Shown: positions 26,699 through 40,041 of the stretch, piece after piece | Numbering within the stretch: position 1 is the stretch's first letter | Layout of the letters: each line of letters opens with the position of its first letter | Notes under the pieces: generated by a model | Database searches by the model: none | Seen by the model: only the letters and a program-made list of their open reading frames with translations | Told to the model about the DNA's origin: nothing | Program-made: the position numbers and the translations under genes | Assembly (NCBI GenBank): GCA_964016885.1 | Contig: OZ024743.1 | Coordinates: forward strand, 275,838,001-275,902,000 | Source of the DNA: Eledone cirrhosa | Taxonomy: Eukaryota | Reading direction: 5' to 3' | Length of the DNA stretch: 64,000 bases

Positions 26699-27544
26699 TA
26701 AAAGAGATAAATTAAGCTGAACAGAGATTATTATAAAATAAATAACAATGATGATACTACTACTACTACCACTGCCACCAATAATGGTTTCTGATTTAGG
26801 TACAAGGCCAACAATTTTGGAGAGAAGAAAGTCAATTAAATTGACCTCAGTGCATGACTGGTACTTTATTTTATCAACCCTGTAAGGATGAAAGACAAAG
26901 CTAAACTTAAAAGGATTTGAACTCAATACCTAAAGGGATGTAAGTATATGTTGCAAAGCATATTGTCTGACACTCTGAATTCTGAGAGTGTGAGGAGGGG
27001 CATTAGTCGATGCTTTGTGGCATTTGTTTCAACACTTTACATTATGAGTTCAAATCTTGTTGGGGCCAGCTTACACCTTTTACAGCTTTTGACCATTAAG
27101 GCAAGTGCCTCCCCCCACCCCACCCCTAGGTTGTCTTCCTCCAATCTACAGGCATGTGTACTCAAATCAGGCCTGTTTACTCAGATCATACCTGCTACCC
27201 TCATCCACCTTTCGACAAACTAGCTGGAATGCAGAGCTTTTTGCTCTCCACCCTGATTTTCCTCATAATAAAAATTAAAACAATAAAATAAAAATAATGG
27301 TTTCTACTTTTGGCACAAGGCCAGCAATTACCCAGTGCATTACTGGTACTTTATTTTATCGACCCCGTAAGGATGAAAGGCAAAGTTAACCTTGGCGGGA
27401 TTTGAATAATAATAATAATAATAAAATCCCTGTAATGATATGTGATCTGGGAATAATAAAAACACTGACAAATACGTAACCAAACCCCAGGACTTATAGA
27501 TACATCCAACATACAGAAAATAACACTACTAGGCACTGCACATA

Positions 27545-27911
27545 CAAGGGTAGGCTGAAAAGTTCATAAGCTAAATATGAAGGAGTGATGCCAGAGCTGT
27601 GAAATCTTGCATGCATTAATTTCAATTCCTATTAGCCCTTTAGCATTTACATTACTCTCTCTCTCTATATATATATACTATTGTATTTTTGTGGTAAAGG
27701 CTTTATCTTACATAATTATCTCACATAATATCGGTTACAGCTGGTTTGAACAGAAAAGGTGAGAGAATTCTGGCCGGATATGGCCGGTTTAAATGCTAAA
27801 GGATTAATAACTGATTAGTTTCTTTCCAAGGACCCTGTTGAAAAATAAACTTCATTTGGTCATTCCATGAGAGTATCTTGGTCAGCATATGAACTTTTCA
27901 GTTGATCCTTG
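27545..27911. mobile_element. Non-autonomous mariner-like element with a family 1 piggyBac-like MITE (27636-27803) nested inside
   Basis: TA|CAAGGGTAGGCTGAAAAGTTCATA ... TATGAACTTTTCAGTTGATCCTTG|TA. Confidence 0.75.
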
Positions 27912-28734
27912 TATATTAATTACAATTCTTTCAATAGTATAGAAACAACAGCACTAAAAAAACAACACTACACATACCCAAGGAATGTATAGCTGTGCTC
28001 GGTTATGCAGTGACAACATGCAATAAAAACAAGACTACTGAAATTAATAATGATAACGATTTCTTTCTTTTTTTTTTTCAACAGCAGCAACAACAGCAAC
28101 AGTGAAGAAAGCTGTGTTGGCTGGGATTCTGCTTATGAAAGCATAATTATGGTGAGGAACATTAAAAAAAAACTTCAAAGTGCAGTGAGCAATTAGTTTT
28201 GTGAAAGAGGTCAGTTAATGATGTTCTGATCCAGAGCAGTCAGCATCATCATCATCAGACTGAAGACTCCAACAATCAAGATTATCTTGATTAGAATCAA
28301 ACGTATGCAAATCAGGTAATGGAATCCTGCACTCAGCACACAGATGCATACCACCACCATGAGCACCACCAACACCAGCACCCTCACTCTCGCCACTATT
28401 GTAAGGAAGAGGAAAGGAGAGGAGAGCAAGAGGGGAAAAGAAAAAGAGGGGAAGGAGAAAAGGATGGAAAAAAAGGAGAGAGAAGAGAGGTAAAACGAGA
28501 AAATAATAAACTCATCACCACCACCTACCTAAAGTCTACTCTTACTGCATATCTCTCTCTCCATACACACACACACACACACACGCACACACACACACAC
28601 GCACACACACACACACACACAGGAATACATGTCAATGTGTTTGTATGCTTGAATGTTTATGATAGAAATGCATATAGAGCTGGCAGGTGTAAGTGGGAGA
28701 GTGAAGTGAGTGAGAATGTGAACTGAGTGCAGAG

Positions 28735-29190
28735 TGAAGTGAAAGTGGAATGAGGGCATAGTGAGGGGAATGAAAGTGGAGTGAGAATATTGAGTGGAGT
28801 GAAAGTGGAATGAGGGCATGGTGAGGGGAGTGAAAATGGAGTGAGAATATTGTGAGTGGAGTGAAAGTGGAATGAGGGCATGGTGAGGGGAGTGAAAATG
28901 GAGTGAGAATATTGTGAGTGGAGTGAAAGTGGAATGAGGGCTTGGTGAGGGGAGTGAAAATGGAGTGAGAATATTGTGAGTGGAGTGAAAGTGTAATGAA
29001 GGCATAGTGAGGGGAATGAAAGTGGAGTGAGAATATTGTGAGTGGAGTGAAAGTGTAATGAAGGCATAGTGAGGGGAATGAAAGTGGAGTGAGAATATTG
29101 TGAGTGGAGTGAAAGTGTAATGAAGGCATAGTGAGGGGAATGAAAGTGGAGTGAGAATATTGTGAGTGGAGTGAAAGTGAAATGAGAGTG
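28735..29190. repeat. 62-bp minisatellite, about 7 copies
   Basis: Unit GAGTGGAGTGAAAGTGGAATGAGGGCATGGTGAGGGGAGTGAAAATGGAGTGAGAATATTGT; the register shifts 2 nt per 60-nt line. Confidence 0.95.
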
Positions 29191-29384
29191 TAGCAAGACA
29201 TTGTCAATTGTTAAGGGCCACCACAGCGTTTAAGAGTTGGCATTGCTGATGTACATCTTTCTGACAACCTATCAAAATGTATATTGCATAAAATATACAA
29301 ATGAATCTGTATAGATTTTCCTCACAAAAAAAAAAAAAATGCAATGGTTTGTAGTGAGGATGGATATAATATATATATATATAA

Positions 29385-29465
<81 letters not shown>

Positions 29466-29472
29466 TATAAAT

Positions 29473-29502
<30 letters not shown>

Positions 29503-29505
<3 letters not shown>

Positions 29506-29624
29506 GGAAAAAGTATGACCCCGACGGCAGAGCCCAAGCCGTTTTGACGTCTATTTCTGCACTAGTCCAGAAATAGCCGTCGAGAGGGCTTGAACTCTGC
29601 CGTCGGAGTCATACTTTTTCCTAT
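29503..29624. repeat. 122-bp imperfect palindrome centred on ACTAGT, within an insert of about 200 bp between (TA)n arrays
   Basis: ATAGGAAAAAGTATGAC...ATTTCTG-CACTAGTC-CAGAAAT...GTCATACTTTTTCCTAT; the arms pair without indels. Confidence 0.9.
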
Positions 29625-29716
29625 TTCCCACTCTACTACCCTAAGTATTGAGTACTCTGGTGCGTTATGGTCCATCTGGTTCCTTACCACAATTCCTTTG
29701 TTATATATATATATAT

Positions 29717-29821
<105 letters not shown>

Positions 29822-30446
29822 TACATATATAGTTGGAGAGAGAGAGAGAGATGATAGATAGGAAGACAGATAAGATTATAGGTGCATAAGACTATAGATA
29901 GATGTAGAGAGAGAAAGAAGGATGGGGAGAAAGGGGTGAGATAGAGATAAAAAGAGAGTGAGAGGAAGAAAGTAATATATATATAGAGAGAGGGGGGGGG
30001 GGACTAAAATACGCTTCAGGTATTTTCTAAATGTATGCTTTGTGGAAAATTCCAATTTTAATATCATATTTAGAAATGGTACACATGTGTGCATTATGTG
30101 CATACATATGCACTGACACTCACACATATAGACAAACACAAAAGAGGTTTCAAATTTTATAGTTTATTTTATGTGAACTTCCTTCGCAAGCTGTGATGTT
30201 TCGACCCACTAAATCATTGAATTATATGGGCAAACACAATGGAAACAACCACTACAAAGGACATCAAATGTGCATATGCATATGTACACACGCACACACA
30301 CACAAACACATACATGAGGAGTATGTAAACTAAGTACAGATGTAAACATACAAATGTCAAAATATGAAAAAAAGAAACAAATTGGTACACATACACATGT
30401 ATGTGTATGTATGTGTGTGTGTGTATGTATGTATGTATGTACATAA

Positions 30447-30483
<37 letters not shown>

Positions 30484-30739
30484 CATATACGTTATACGAT
30501 GATGATACATATGTATATCTGTGTGTGTGTGTGTGTGTGTGTGTATATACATACCTACACACACACACATACATACATACAGCACATTCATACAAACATA
30601 CTTACATTTACATATACTGACATATAGTTGTGGGTTATAAAAGACTGACCTGGAAATTTCTCGACCCAATAATTATCCACAAAACATTCCTGTAGTTTTA
30701 AGGAAGAGTATATGTATGTCACAAATATAAATTTGTTCC

Positions 30740-31370
30740 AAGATTACAAGTCAATGTCTTTATTGTTAGGCTTACCCAAGCATGACAGTATGGACAAATC
30801 CTATTTAGAAAGCAAATGAGAAATTTCTATATATCATCAAGAACATCAGATGGTATCATTGTATCTCCAACGAAGAGTTACATGTGCACATGCATCAGCC
30901 CGCAGCCTCCTGTTTCATCCACTTGTACGAATGTCCTCTACCTCCTGCCATATCATTCTACCAGGGCCTTATTCTCGTTCAACGCAGCAGCAGTGAGATC
31001 AAAGAGACTCTATGGCAGGATGTGATTAAACCATTAGCATTTAAACCAGCCATATCCGGCCAGAATTCTCTTACCTCTCTCTGTTCAAACTGGCTGTAAC
31101 TGGCCACTCATACTCATGTTAAGGTATTGTTCTCAAAATAAATAATATAAAAATCTCATAGATTCGATATTATGTGAGTTAAAACCTTTACCGCAAAAAT
31201 ACAATAGTATATATTTAGTTATTAAGGAAGATCTCAAAAGGCTTGACGTCACCTTGGTGGACACAGAGGGGCTGGCACAGGACTGCCAGCGATAGAGAGC
31301 ACAGGTGGACCTGGTCAGCTTTATGCAAAATGACACCTCTGGGACTGCTAACCAGGATGATCAGATATAT
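30740..31370 (+). mobile_element. Decayed RTE-like LINE 3' fragment interrupted by a family 1 MITE (about 31030-31220)
   Basis: Removing the TTAA-flanked insert restores WQDVIKEDLKRLDVTLVDTEGLAQD. Confidence 0.6.
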
Positions 31371-32799
31371 TGAGCAAGAGCGATAGATATTTTGAAATGT
31401 TGCACATACAAACATTTTGAAGGTATGTGGCTGAATGGTTAAGGTGTTTAACTCATGATTTTGAGTCTAGGGCCTGGTGGCACATTGTATCCTTGAGCAA
31501 GACACTTTATTTCATGTTGCTCCAGTCCACTCAGCTGGCAAAAGAATGGGTTGTATTGTGATTCAATGGGTGAGTCTTGTCAAACACTATGTCATGCTGA
31601 ATCTACTTGCATGTTAATTTCATGAGCTGGCTGTCCTGGTGTTGGAACAACTTGGACACTCATCATTGGAACTGACTGTGATCCAACACACACAAAAGTA
31701 TGGAAATAGAAAATAGAATTAAAATAATGTCCATACCTTGTTTTGTCATAAACATTTCATAGAGTGGTGTATAGATACATTTGCCAGGTATGGATTGAGA
31801 GTATCAACTAAACAAAGTTAATGAACTGAGGAATTAGTTGATATAATTTCTGAAGAAACCTACTTCCTTTGATGCTGACATTTTAGTGAAATTTTCCCAA
31901 TGTTGATAATGGTACTTGAGAAATTGGTTGCTGCACAAGTCAATGAGATATTAGTTTCAATTTAACAGGAATTTAAACTCTGTTATTAACCCTTTCATAA
32001 AAATCTGGCTAAATGTCTGAAACCTCCCTCGGTTCTATCATACAAAAGGGTTGTTTTAAAGTGTTTGTATTTATTTAAAAACTTCCCATCATAATTTTAA
32101 GTAATAACCTTTGTTAAGTTATACTCCAAACACCAGTTTGGAAATGAGAAAGTTAGTTATATTACTAAATTCTTCCAAATTCTTGAATATTGCCAAAATT
32201 ATTTGAAAATCATAGAGCAGTATCTTTCATAAAAAATATGGCGAGAAACGGGTAAAATATTGAGAAAGCACCCCCACCCCAATTGGAGAAAACAAATGCA
32301 GTAAATGTTTCTCTTTACATAATTTTCCAAATTCAGGGATAATCTAATGCCCCTTGATGGAATTACCCTCTTCCCATTTGAAGGAGGAAGGAGCCCCGAG
32401 AGGTGGGGTGGCTGTTGCAGAGGGTGTCGCTGACCATGGTCCACGGGAATGCTTTGCAGTCTTTTCCATGGGGCACAGCTCCAATACCGCTGCACCCTAG
32501 TCCCCTTTCCTTTCCCTTCCTTTTCCATAACCACAAAAGACACTTGCATTTTTTACAATAAAACAACTTAAAGAGGTGTGTGTAATTCTAATGGTAGAAT
32601 AAAGAAAGCATAAAATAATTAAATAATACATTTCACCATTTAGTTATTCTATATTTAGTTATTCTAGTTCTGGCCACAATAAAATGTATTTAGTACACAT
32701 TATAAAGTGGTTACTGATCAAACATAAACAATGTAGGGTAGAGAAGACTCTTCAGTCTTAACGAGTACGACAACTTCTCTAAAGTTGGTGTCATAATAT

Positions 32800-32990
32800 A
32801 ATTGTTTCTACTTTTGGCACAAGGCCAGCAAATTACCCAGTGTATTATGGTACTTTATTTTATCGACCCCGAAAGGATGAAAGGCAAAGTTAACCTCGGC
32901 GGGATTTGAACTCAGAATGGAAAGGGCCGTAATTCTATGTGTCAAAGCATGGCGTCTGACCCTCTACCGATACTGCCAATCCACCGCCCT
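32800..32990 (-). mobile_element. SINE family A, full length (also 34730-34921, 37277-37468, 53495-53677)
   Basis: Complete tail, body, B box and A box, ending in GGGCGGTGGATTGGC on the minus strand. Confidence 0.85.
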
Positions 32991-33741
32991 TGTTGGTGTC
33001 ATAATATAATGTACTGTAAAGTGGTTGGTAGTAGCTTTTAGTACCCTGCCCCACATAAAACTGCATTAGCAAGACATACTTGAAAAGTACAAAACAGCAC
33101 TATGACTGCATCACATTAAAAATTATTGTCTTTAATTTATTCTAAATTTTTCCAGTGATTTGTCCTACTAATAAAGATACAATAAACATTTGAATAAACA
33201 AACTTGTTTTTAGACATTTTTTGCTGAGTCATTGCTGGACATTAAGTGTTAAGTGCATTCAGCCACAGAAACCATGCCCCAAAATAGAAGATATTAGCAA
33301 GATGTTGTCTCTCCAATACATCTAGTATCAGACTGTGATAACCCATCCAGCCCATTCCAACATGGAAAGTGGACATTAAATAATGGTTGTGGAGGTGCTG
33401 ATAATGATGATGATGATAGTGATATCTGATCGGAAAACAGCAGCTATTTCTTTCATAAAGATATTTGGAAAGAATATTCATCATTAACCCTTTCATTGCA
33501 ATATTTCTAATGAAAAACAATAATTATGTGTTTTAAATAATTTTGAAAATAACCAGGAATTCAGATGAATTTAATAATATGATTAACAAAGATTCTTACA
33601 TAAATTTATGAAGGGAGGTTTTAATTTGAATATAAACAATATAAAATAAAAGATTATATATCATAGAATCCTGGGCAGCCAGAGGGGGTTGGTATTGAAA
33701 GAGTTAACAAATATACAGTAACTATGAAGGTTATGCTAGAT

Positions 33742-34655
33742 CAGTGTTTTCCAAAAGTAGGCTTCACCAGATAAATAATCTTTTAATGAAATTTCATAAA
33801 AAAAAAAAAAAAAGCTTTTTTTCTTCTTTTTTTTTTAATATGAATAAATTCTTTCTCTAAAACAATTTTTGTTTTAATCATCATCACTGCCACCATCATT
33901 AACATCAATATCTTAAATGTGTGTTTCATGCTCGCAGCATTTGGATGGGTTGTCAAAGTTCAAAACCAAACGGATGGGAGCAAGTTATTTTTGCTAGTTG
34001 CATTCCGTATTTGGCATAGTTTCTATAACTGGATACTTTTCCTAATATCTATCACATTTCAGGGTGTACTGGATGCATGTTTCATGACACCAGTATTACC
34101 ACTTTATAGAGGGGGCTGGGTGTATTTTATCGTGGCATCAGTACTAGAGATGTTGTCACATACTAGACCAGATTGAAGTCCTTCCAAACTCTACACTGTC
34201 TCTGTTTAACCCTTTAGCATTCACATTACTCTATATATACTATTATATTTTCATGGTAAAGGCTTTACCTTGCATAATTATCTCACATAATATCGAATCT
34301 ATGAGATTTTGAAAGTATTTATTTTGAGAACAATACCTTAACATCAGTTTGAGTGACCAGTTACAGCCAGTTTCAACAGAAAAAGGTTGAGAATTCTGGC
34401 CGGTTTGAACATTAAAGGGTTAACCACCAAACCTGTATGTAACCTCCAGTCTCACCACATTTTTAGTAGCCTCCAGTCTCTCACCACATTTACTTTTAGT
34501 GTTGCAGTGCTTATGTTGGTGGATGGGTTATGTGTATAATAAAATATCTCCAGTCACCTATTAAAATTGGTGTGATGGGAATTATCTGTAAATATAAGTG
34601 TTGTTTCCATAATTTTTATAAGGGTTCTGCAGCAAAATAAGTTTGGGAACCACTG
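33742..34655. mobile_element. Old hAT-like element with nested insertions
   Basis: Termini CAGTGTTTTCCAAA / TTTGGGAACCACTG; the flanking 8-mers tgctagat and ggataaat match 5 of 8. Confidence 0.4.
34210..34419. mobile_element. piggyBac-like MITE family 1
   Basis: TTAA|CCCTTTAGCATT ... TAAAGGG|TTAA. Confidence 0.85.
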
Positions 34656-35195
34656 GGATAAATACATTAGTCCCTATATCACACTCAATTTGCCTGTTGT
34701 GTGATTGGCAGTAAGGCATCAACCATAATAATTGATTTTACTTTTGGCACAAGGTCAGCAATTACTCCAGTGCATTACTGGTACTTTATTTTATTGACCC
34801 CGTAAGGATGAAAGGTCAAGTTAACCTCGGCAGGATTTGAACTCAAACTGTAAAGGGCCGTAACTTTATGCTGCAAAGCATGGCATCCGACCCTCTACCG
34901 ATACTGCCAATCCATCGCCCTCAACCATAATAATGTGTGTTTGAACACACACATATTTTTTATGGTAAAAGTCCATTAGTTCAGACATAAACATTTTTAA
35001 AAAAATGAAAAGGAAAATTTTTCATAAAAATTTTTACATTACATATATAGAAAAAAACATTAACAAAAACAAGAAATGTAAATGGTTGACATGTCAATAT
35101 GTAAATAAATAAAAATATTGAGAGAGAGAGAGAAAGAGAGAGAGAGAGAAAGAGAAAGAGATAGAGAGAAAGAGAAAGAGATAGAGAGAAAGAGA

Positions 35196-35234
<39 letters not shown>

Positions 35235-35929
35235 ATATGCATTTAGTGCAATACCCCCCCCCCCACACACACACACACAAACAAACATCTGTGTAGGCAT
35301 GGTTATATGTAATTAAGAAATACATTTCATACCACATAGTTTGGGGTTAGGTTCCACTGTATGGCACCTTGAGCAAGTATCTTCTATCTTAGCCTGTGCA
35401 AAAGCCTGTTAGGTGTTTGTGTGTATGTACGCATGTAGGTATGGCTGTGTGGTTAAGAAATTCACTTTGAGGCTTCTATCTTAGTAGCCTTGGATTAACT
35501 ATCTTGTGAGTGGTTGGCAGACAGAAACTATGCAAAAGCCTGTTAGGTGTTTGCATGTGTGTGTGTAGGCATGGCTGTGTGATTAAGAAATTCATTTTAC
35601 AACTAACTGCATTCAGTTTTGATTCTACTGAATGGCCTCTTGGAGAAGTGTCTTCTGCTATAGCCTGAAGCAAATCAATGTCACTTTGAGTAGAATTTGG
35701 TAAATAGAAACTGTGTGGAAGCCTGTTGTATATGTGAGAGTGTGTGCATGCATATGTATCTGCCTGTGTCTTCACATTGACACCCCCTTGGCAGCTGAAG
35801 ACATTTGTTTGTATCCTTCAGCTCAGTGGTTTTGGCATGCAAAAAGATAGTGAAATGTGAACAATATTTAGATACAAAAATGTATGGGTTAGTATCAGAA
35901 GGGCATCTGGTTGTAGAATACTGCTTTAA

Positions 35930-36124
35930 CCCTTAAACATTTACATTACCGTTAAAATACAATAGTAAATATAGAGTAAACACTTTATCTCATATAATAT
36001 CAAAGAGATTTTGATATTATTTATTTTTTGAGAACAATACTTTAACATCAGTATGAGCGGCTGATTACAGCTGGTTTGAACAGAAAGAGGTGAGAAAATT
36101 CTGGCCGGTTAAAATGCTAAAGGA
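35930..36124. mobile_element. piggyBac-like MITE family 1 (degraded)
   Basis: Internal similarity and imperfect TIRs. Confidence 0.7.
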
Positions 36125-36350
36125 GTAAAAATGATTCAGCCAGCCCATGCCATAATGGAAAAAATAAAATGACGTGTGTGTGTGTGTGTGTGAGAGAGAG
36201 AAAGAGAGAGAGCACGTGTGATTGGAATGTATATTTGTAAAATATGTATAAATTGGAAAAAACTAATAAATCATTATTTTACAATATAAAAAATAACCTT
36301 TAAAAAATAAGAAAAAAATGTTATATAAATAAAAGTATGAGATTGTTTAC

Positions 36351-36471
36351 CTGTTTTTGGATCGATATGTACAGGTGGAATTCCCATATGAGCTGGAGGA
36401 GGTTGACTGTAATCATTATTATACATCATGAGACTGGCCAATGGCGGCTGGACCATTGACATCTTACCCCC
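36351..36471 (-). CDS. TCF7L2: TCF/LEF (TCF7L2/pangolin-like) internal coding exon A, 121 nt, phase 0 to 1: GGKMSMVQPPLASLMMYNNDYSQPPPAHMGIPPVHIDPKT(G)
   Basis: Acceptor tcctatctttcag|GGG and donor AAAACAG|gtaaac on the minus strand. The peptide resembles the TCF segment (K.PVVQ..PL..L..YSN.HF..PPP.H....DPKTG) and joins exon B in frame. Confidence 0.9.
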
Positions 36472-38019
36472 CTGAAAGATAGGAAAAGAAATGGAATTGT
36501 TAAAGAACATTGTCCGACAACCCAAATAAACAAGATCAACTTTCACACAAAAACATAAGTAGCAATAGTTCTATAGAAGAATTAACAAAAAACAAATACA
36601 CACACATACAAATGAAAACACAAAAATTCAAAATGAAACGAAACATGTTGGACAACCAATAAGAAGATCAATTTTCACAAAACATGCAACAATAATTATA
36701 CAAAGAATTACAAAAAAGGCAACACATTGCAAATAAATACATAAAGCATAAAGAGAACTAAAGAAGGAATCTTAGCAAACGCCTTCATATATATTAAAAT
36801 TACTTGGAAAAAATCTTTATAGAGCATGTAATTTGGAGGATTTGAAAATCTCAAGAGTAAAAAGAAATGGAAGTATAAAGTGTCATGCTGGGTTTAGAAT
36901 TTTCGATTTTAACAAGTCTTACAGAAGAGTTAATTAAAACAGAGCTACTTTTAAGATATTAATAACGACTTAATATTAAAGTAGATCTTTATATAATATA
37001 TTCGGTCAAGGATTGTTATTTTTTTCTATTTCTACTTCTAAGTATTTTTATTCCTGTTTGTTTTCCTCAGTTTTTTTTCTTTTACAAACATGTATTTAAT
37101 TTTCATTTATTCAAACATATATCACATACTGTATGTGTATATATATATATATTATTACACAGACATTCACACTAAAAAAAGGAAAAAAAAAACAAAAAAA
37201 ACTGAGTCTCTAAATTGTATTATTTTGATTAAAACTTTTATTTCATAAATTTCAATATATATCTACAGAATGTAATTATTGTTTCTACTTTAGGCACAAG
37301 GCCAGCAATTATCCCAGTGCATTACTGGTACTTTATTTTATCGACCCCGTAAGGATGAAAGGCAAAGTCAACCTCGGCGGGATTTGAACTCAGATCGTAA
37401 AGGGACGTAACTATGCTGGAAAGCATGGCGTGTCCGACCCTCTGCCGATACTGCCAATCCACCACCCTACAGAATGTAATAATGGTTTCTAATTTAGGTA
37501 CACACATACACACATATATATATATATACACACATACACACACATGAATACATACATTTTCCACATTAAGAACACACTCTGATCAGCTGGTCTAGATTTA
37601 GAAACACCCCCTTCATACAAAATGGAATATTCTTGAATACTACACTCAATAAATCTATGTCATTTACATGTGTAATAATCTTGACCTTTCTACTCTGTCA
37701 CATATCCAGCTTTTGAACTATTTAACACATTTCGGTTAGAAATTCCTTAGGTTTTTTTTTTATTTAATGAATTTAGGGGGTAAAAAACAATGATGAAGAA
37801 GAAGAGAAAAAAAAAAACGGATGCAGGCATGTGAGAGTGAGAGTGTATATGTGTTTGTGTCCCACAACAAAAAGATATTGATAAAATAGGTATTAGGCTT
37901 GAAAAAATAAGAACTGTGGCCAACATGGTCAACTAAATCCCTTTGAGGTGAGATGGGACCTCACTATGGCCACTATCTAATGACAGAAACCAGTATAAGA
38001 ATAATAGAATTTAGTTTAA

Positions 38020-38228
38020 CCCTTTAGCATTTACATTACTCTATATTTACTATTATATTTTCCTGGTAAAGGCTTTACCTCACATAATATCGAATCTATG
38101 AGATTTTGATATTATCTATTTTGAGAACAATACCTTAACATCAGTATGAGCAGCCGGTTGTGGCCGATTTGAACAGAAAGAGGTGACAAACTTCTGGCCG
38201 GATATGGCCATTTTAAATGCTTAAAGGG
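38020..38228. mobile_element. piggyBac-like MITE family 1
   Basis: TTAA flanks and TIRs. Confidence 0.85.
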
Positions 38229-39130
38229 TTAAATCTATCAAATCCAAAGAAATTTAGCTGCAGGATTGTGTGTGTGTGTGGTAGTGGCTGTGCCACAATA
38301 AAATGGCCTCAGTACATGCCATGAAGTGATTGTTGTTAAGAAGAGCTTCCAGCCATATGAGCATAATGCAATCCTTTAATATGTCTGGTCTCAGAACGTC
38401 TGATACATTCAAGCATAGAAAATGAACATAAAAGGGTGAGCATGATAAAGATGATGATGATGATTTTATATATATATATATATAATTGAAACAGATGGTT
38501 ACTATTGACAGATACAACAATATAATTCTATTCAAACATGGCATGCAATATATACCACCAACAACAGATTTATTGTGCCTAATTTTCATACTTCAGATTT
38601 GAATATATAATGAGCTAATTTGCATATTTAATTAGATAGAATTCTAACAGATATGGCTTAGCACCAGTAACCAGCATAACAAGTTTGATCAGTGTACTAC
38701 TGGTAGAACTAGATATATTTCATTTACACATTAATTAGTTGAACTTAAGTCATTTATCGACCCTTTTCTACATTTGTGAATAAATTTTTCATGCAATAAA
38801 TTACACATTTGATTTGTTTGTAAACTAAAAATAGAAAAAAATTTCTTGTAAAATGTAATACTCAATTTTTTTTCTTTCTTTCTTTTAAAGTGAATTTATA
38901 TATCAATAAAAAAAAAAGCAGGAATTTAACTCATACCAACCCAATAATAATTCAACAGAAAATGTCTATAAAAAAACCCCCAAGTTTGTTTAATTCCAAT
39001 GTTTATAATATTTCCACAAGTGGACAGATCATTGCAATGTCATGCATAAACCAAGTCAGTACTGAAGTGGTGGCAACTGATCTTCCAGACAAACCAAGGA
39101 TCTGTTGTCTGATTATATATATATTGAAAG

Positions 39131-39447
39131 ACACTCCATCAGTTATGACGCTGAGTGTTCCAATTGATCCAATCAACATAACAGCCTGCTCGTGAAATTA
39201 ACGTACAAGTGGCTGAGCATTCCACAGATACGCGTACCTATAACGTAGTTCTCTGGGAGATTCAGGGTGACACCGAACGTAACAAGACTGGCCCTTTGAA
39301 TTACAGGTACAACTCATATTTGCCAGCTGAGTGAACTGGAGCAACGTGAATAAAGTGTCTTGCTCAGGGACACAATGCAGCACCAGGAATCCAACTCCTG
39401 GCTATATGATTATGAACCAAATACCCTAACCACAAAGCCACACGCCT
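39131..39447 (-). mobile_element. SINE family E, full length
   Basis: Head GGCGTGTGGCTTTGTGGTTAGGG, shared core and family E tail. Confidence 0.75.
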
Positions 39448-39594
39448 TGACATTATATATTACCATAACAGAAGTCCGACAAGCTTTTGATTCCAAAGTT
39501 GAGCCTGATCGATACAGATCGAACCTTGAGCTGATCAATCATGAAATGCACATCACACCTTAATAAATGTAATGAATATTCAACACCTTGCCCA

Positions 39595-39628
<34 letters not shown>

Positions 39629-39917
39629 GGCAAGGTTCTGCTGTTTCCATCTAGCAAATTCCATTCAAAAAGCATTGGTCAACTCAAGGTTATAAAAGAC
39701 AATTGACCAAAGTACTGTGCAGCAGGACTGAACTCAGATCCATGTAGCTGCAAAGCAAAATCCTTAACCACACAGCCAATATCTATTTGACAAAAAGTCA
39801 ATGTGGTAGCCATGCAAAGGGAAAGTTGAGAGTGAAGTAGAGAATAAAGAGGAGTGTCAATATGTGATGGTTAAAGAACTATATATTCATGTGTGTGTTA
39901 TTTAATATGAGTATATT

Positions 39918-40041
<124 letters not shown>

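Noticed and set aside
28529-29207. Three long overlapping minus-strand ORFs
   Set aside because: All frames are open only because the 62-bp unit lacks stops.
30190-30235. Further hammerhead-like remnant (TCAATGA...TCGAAAC, minus strand)
   Set aside because: The core and stems are too degenerate.
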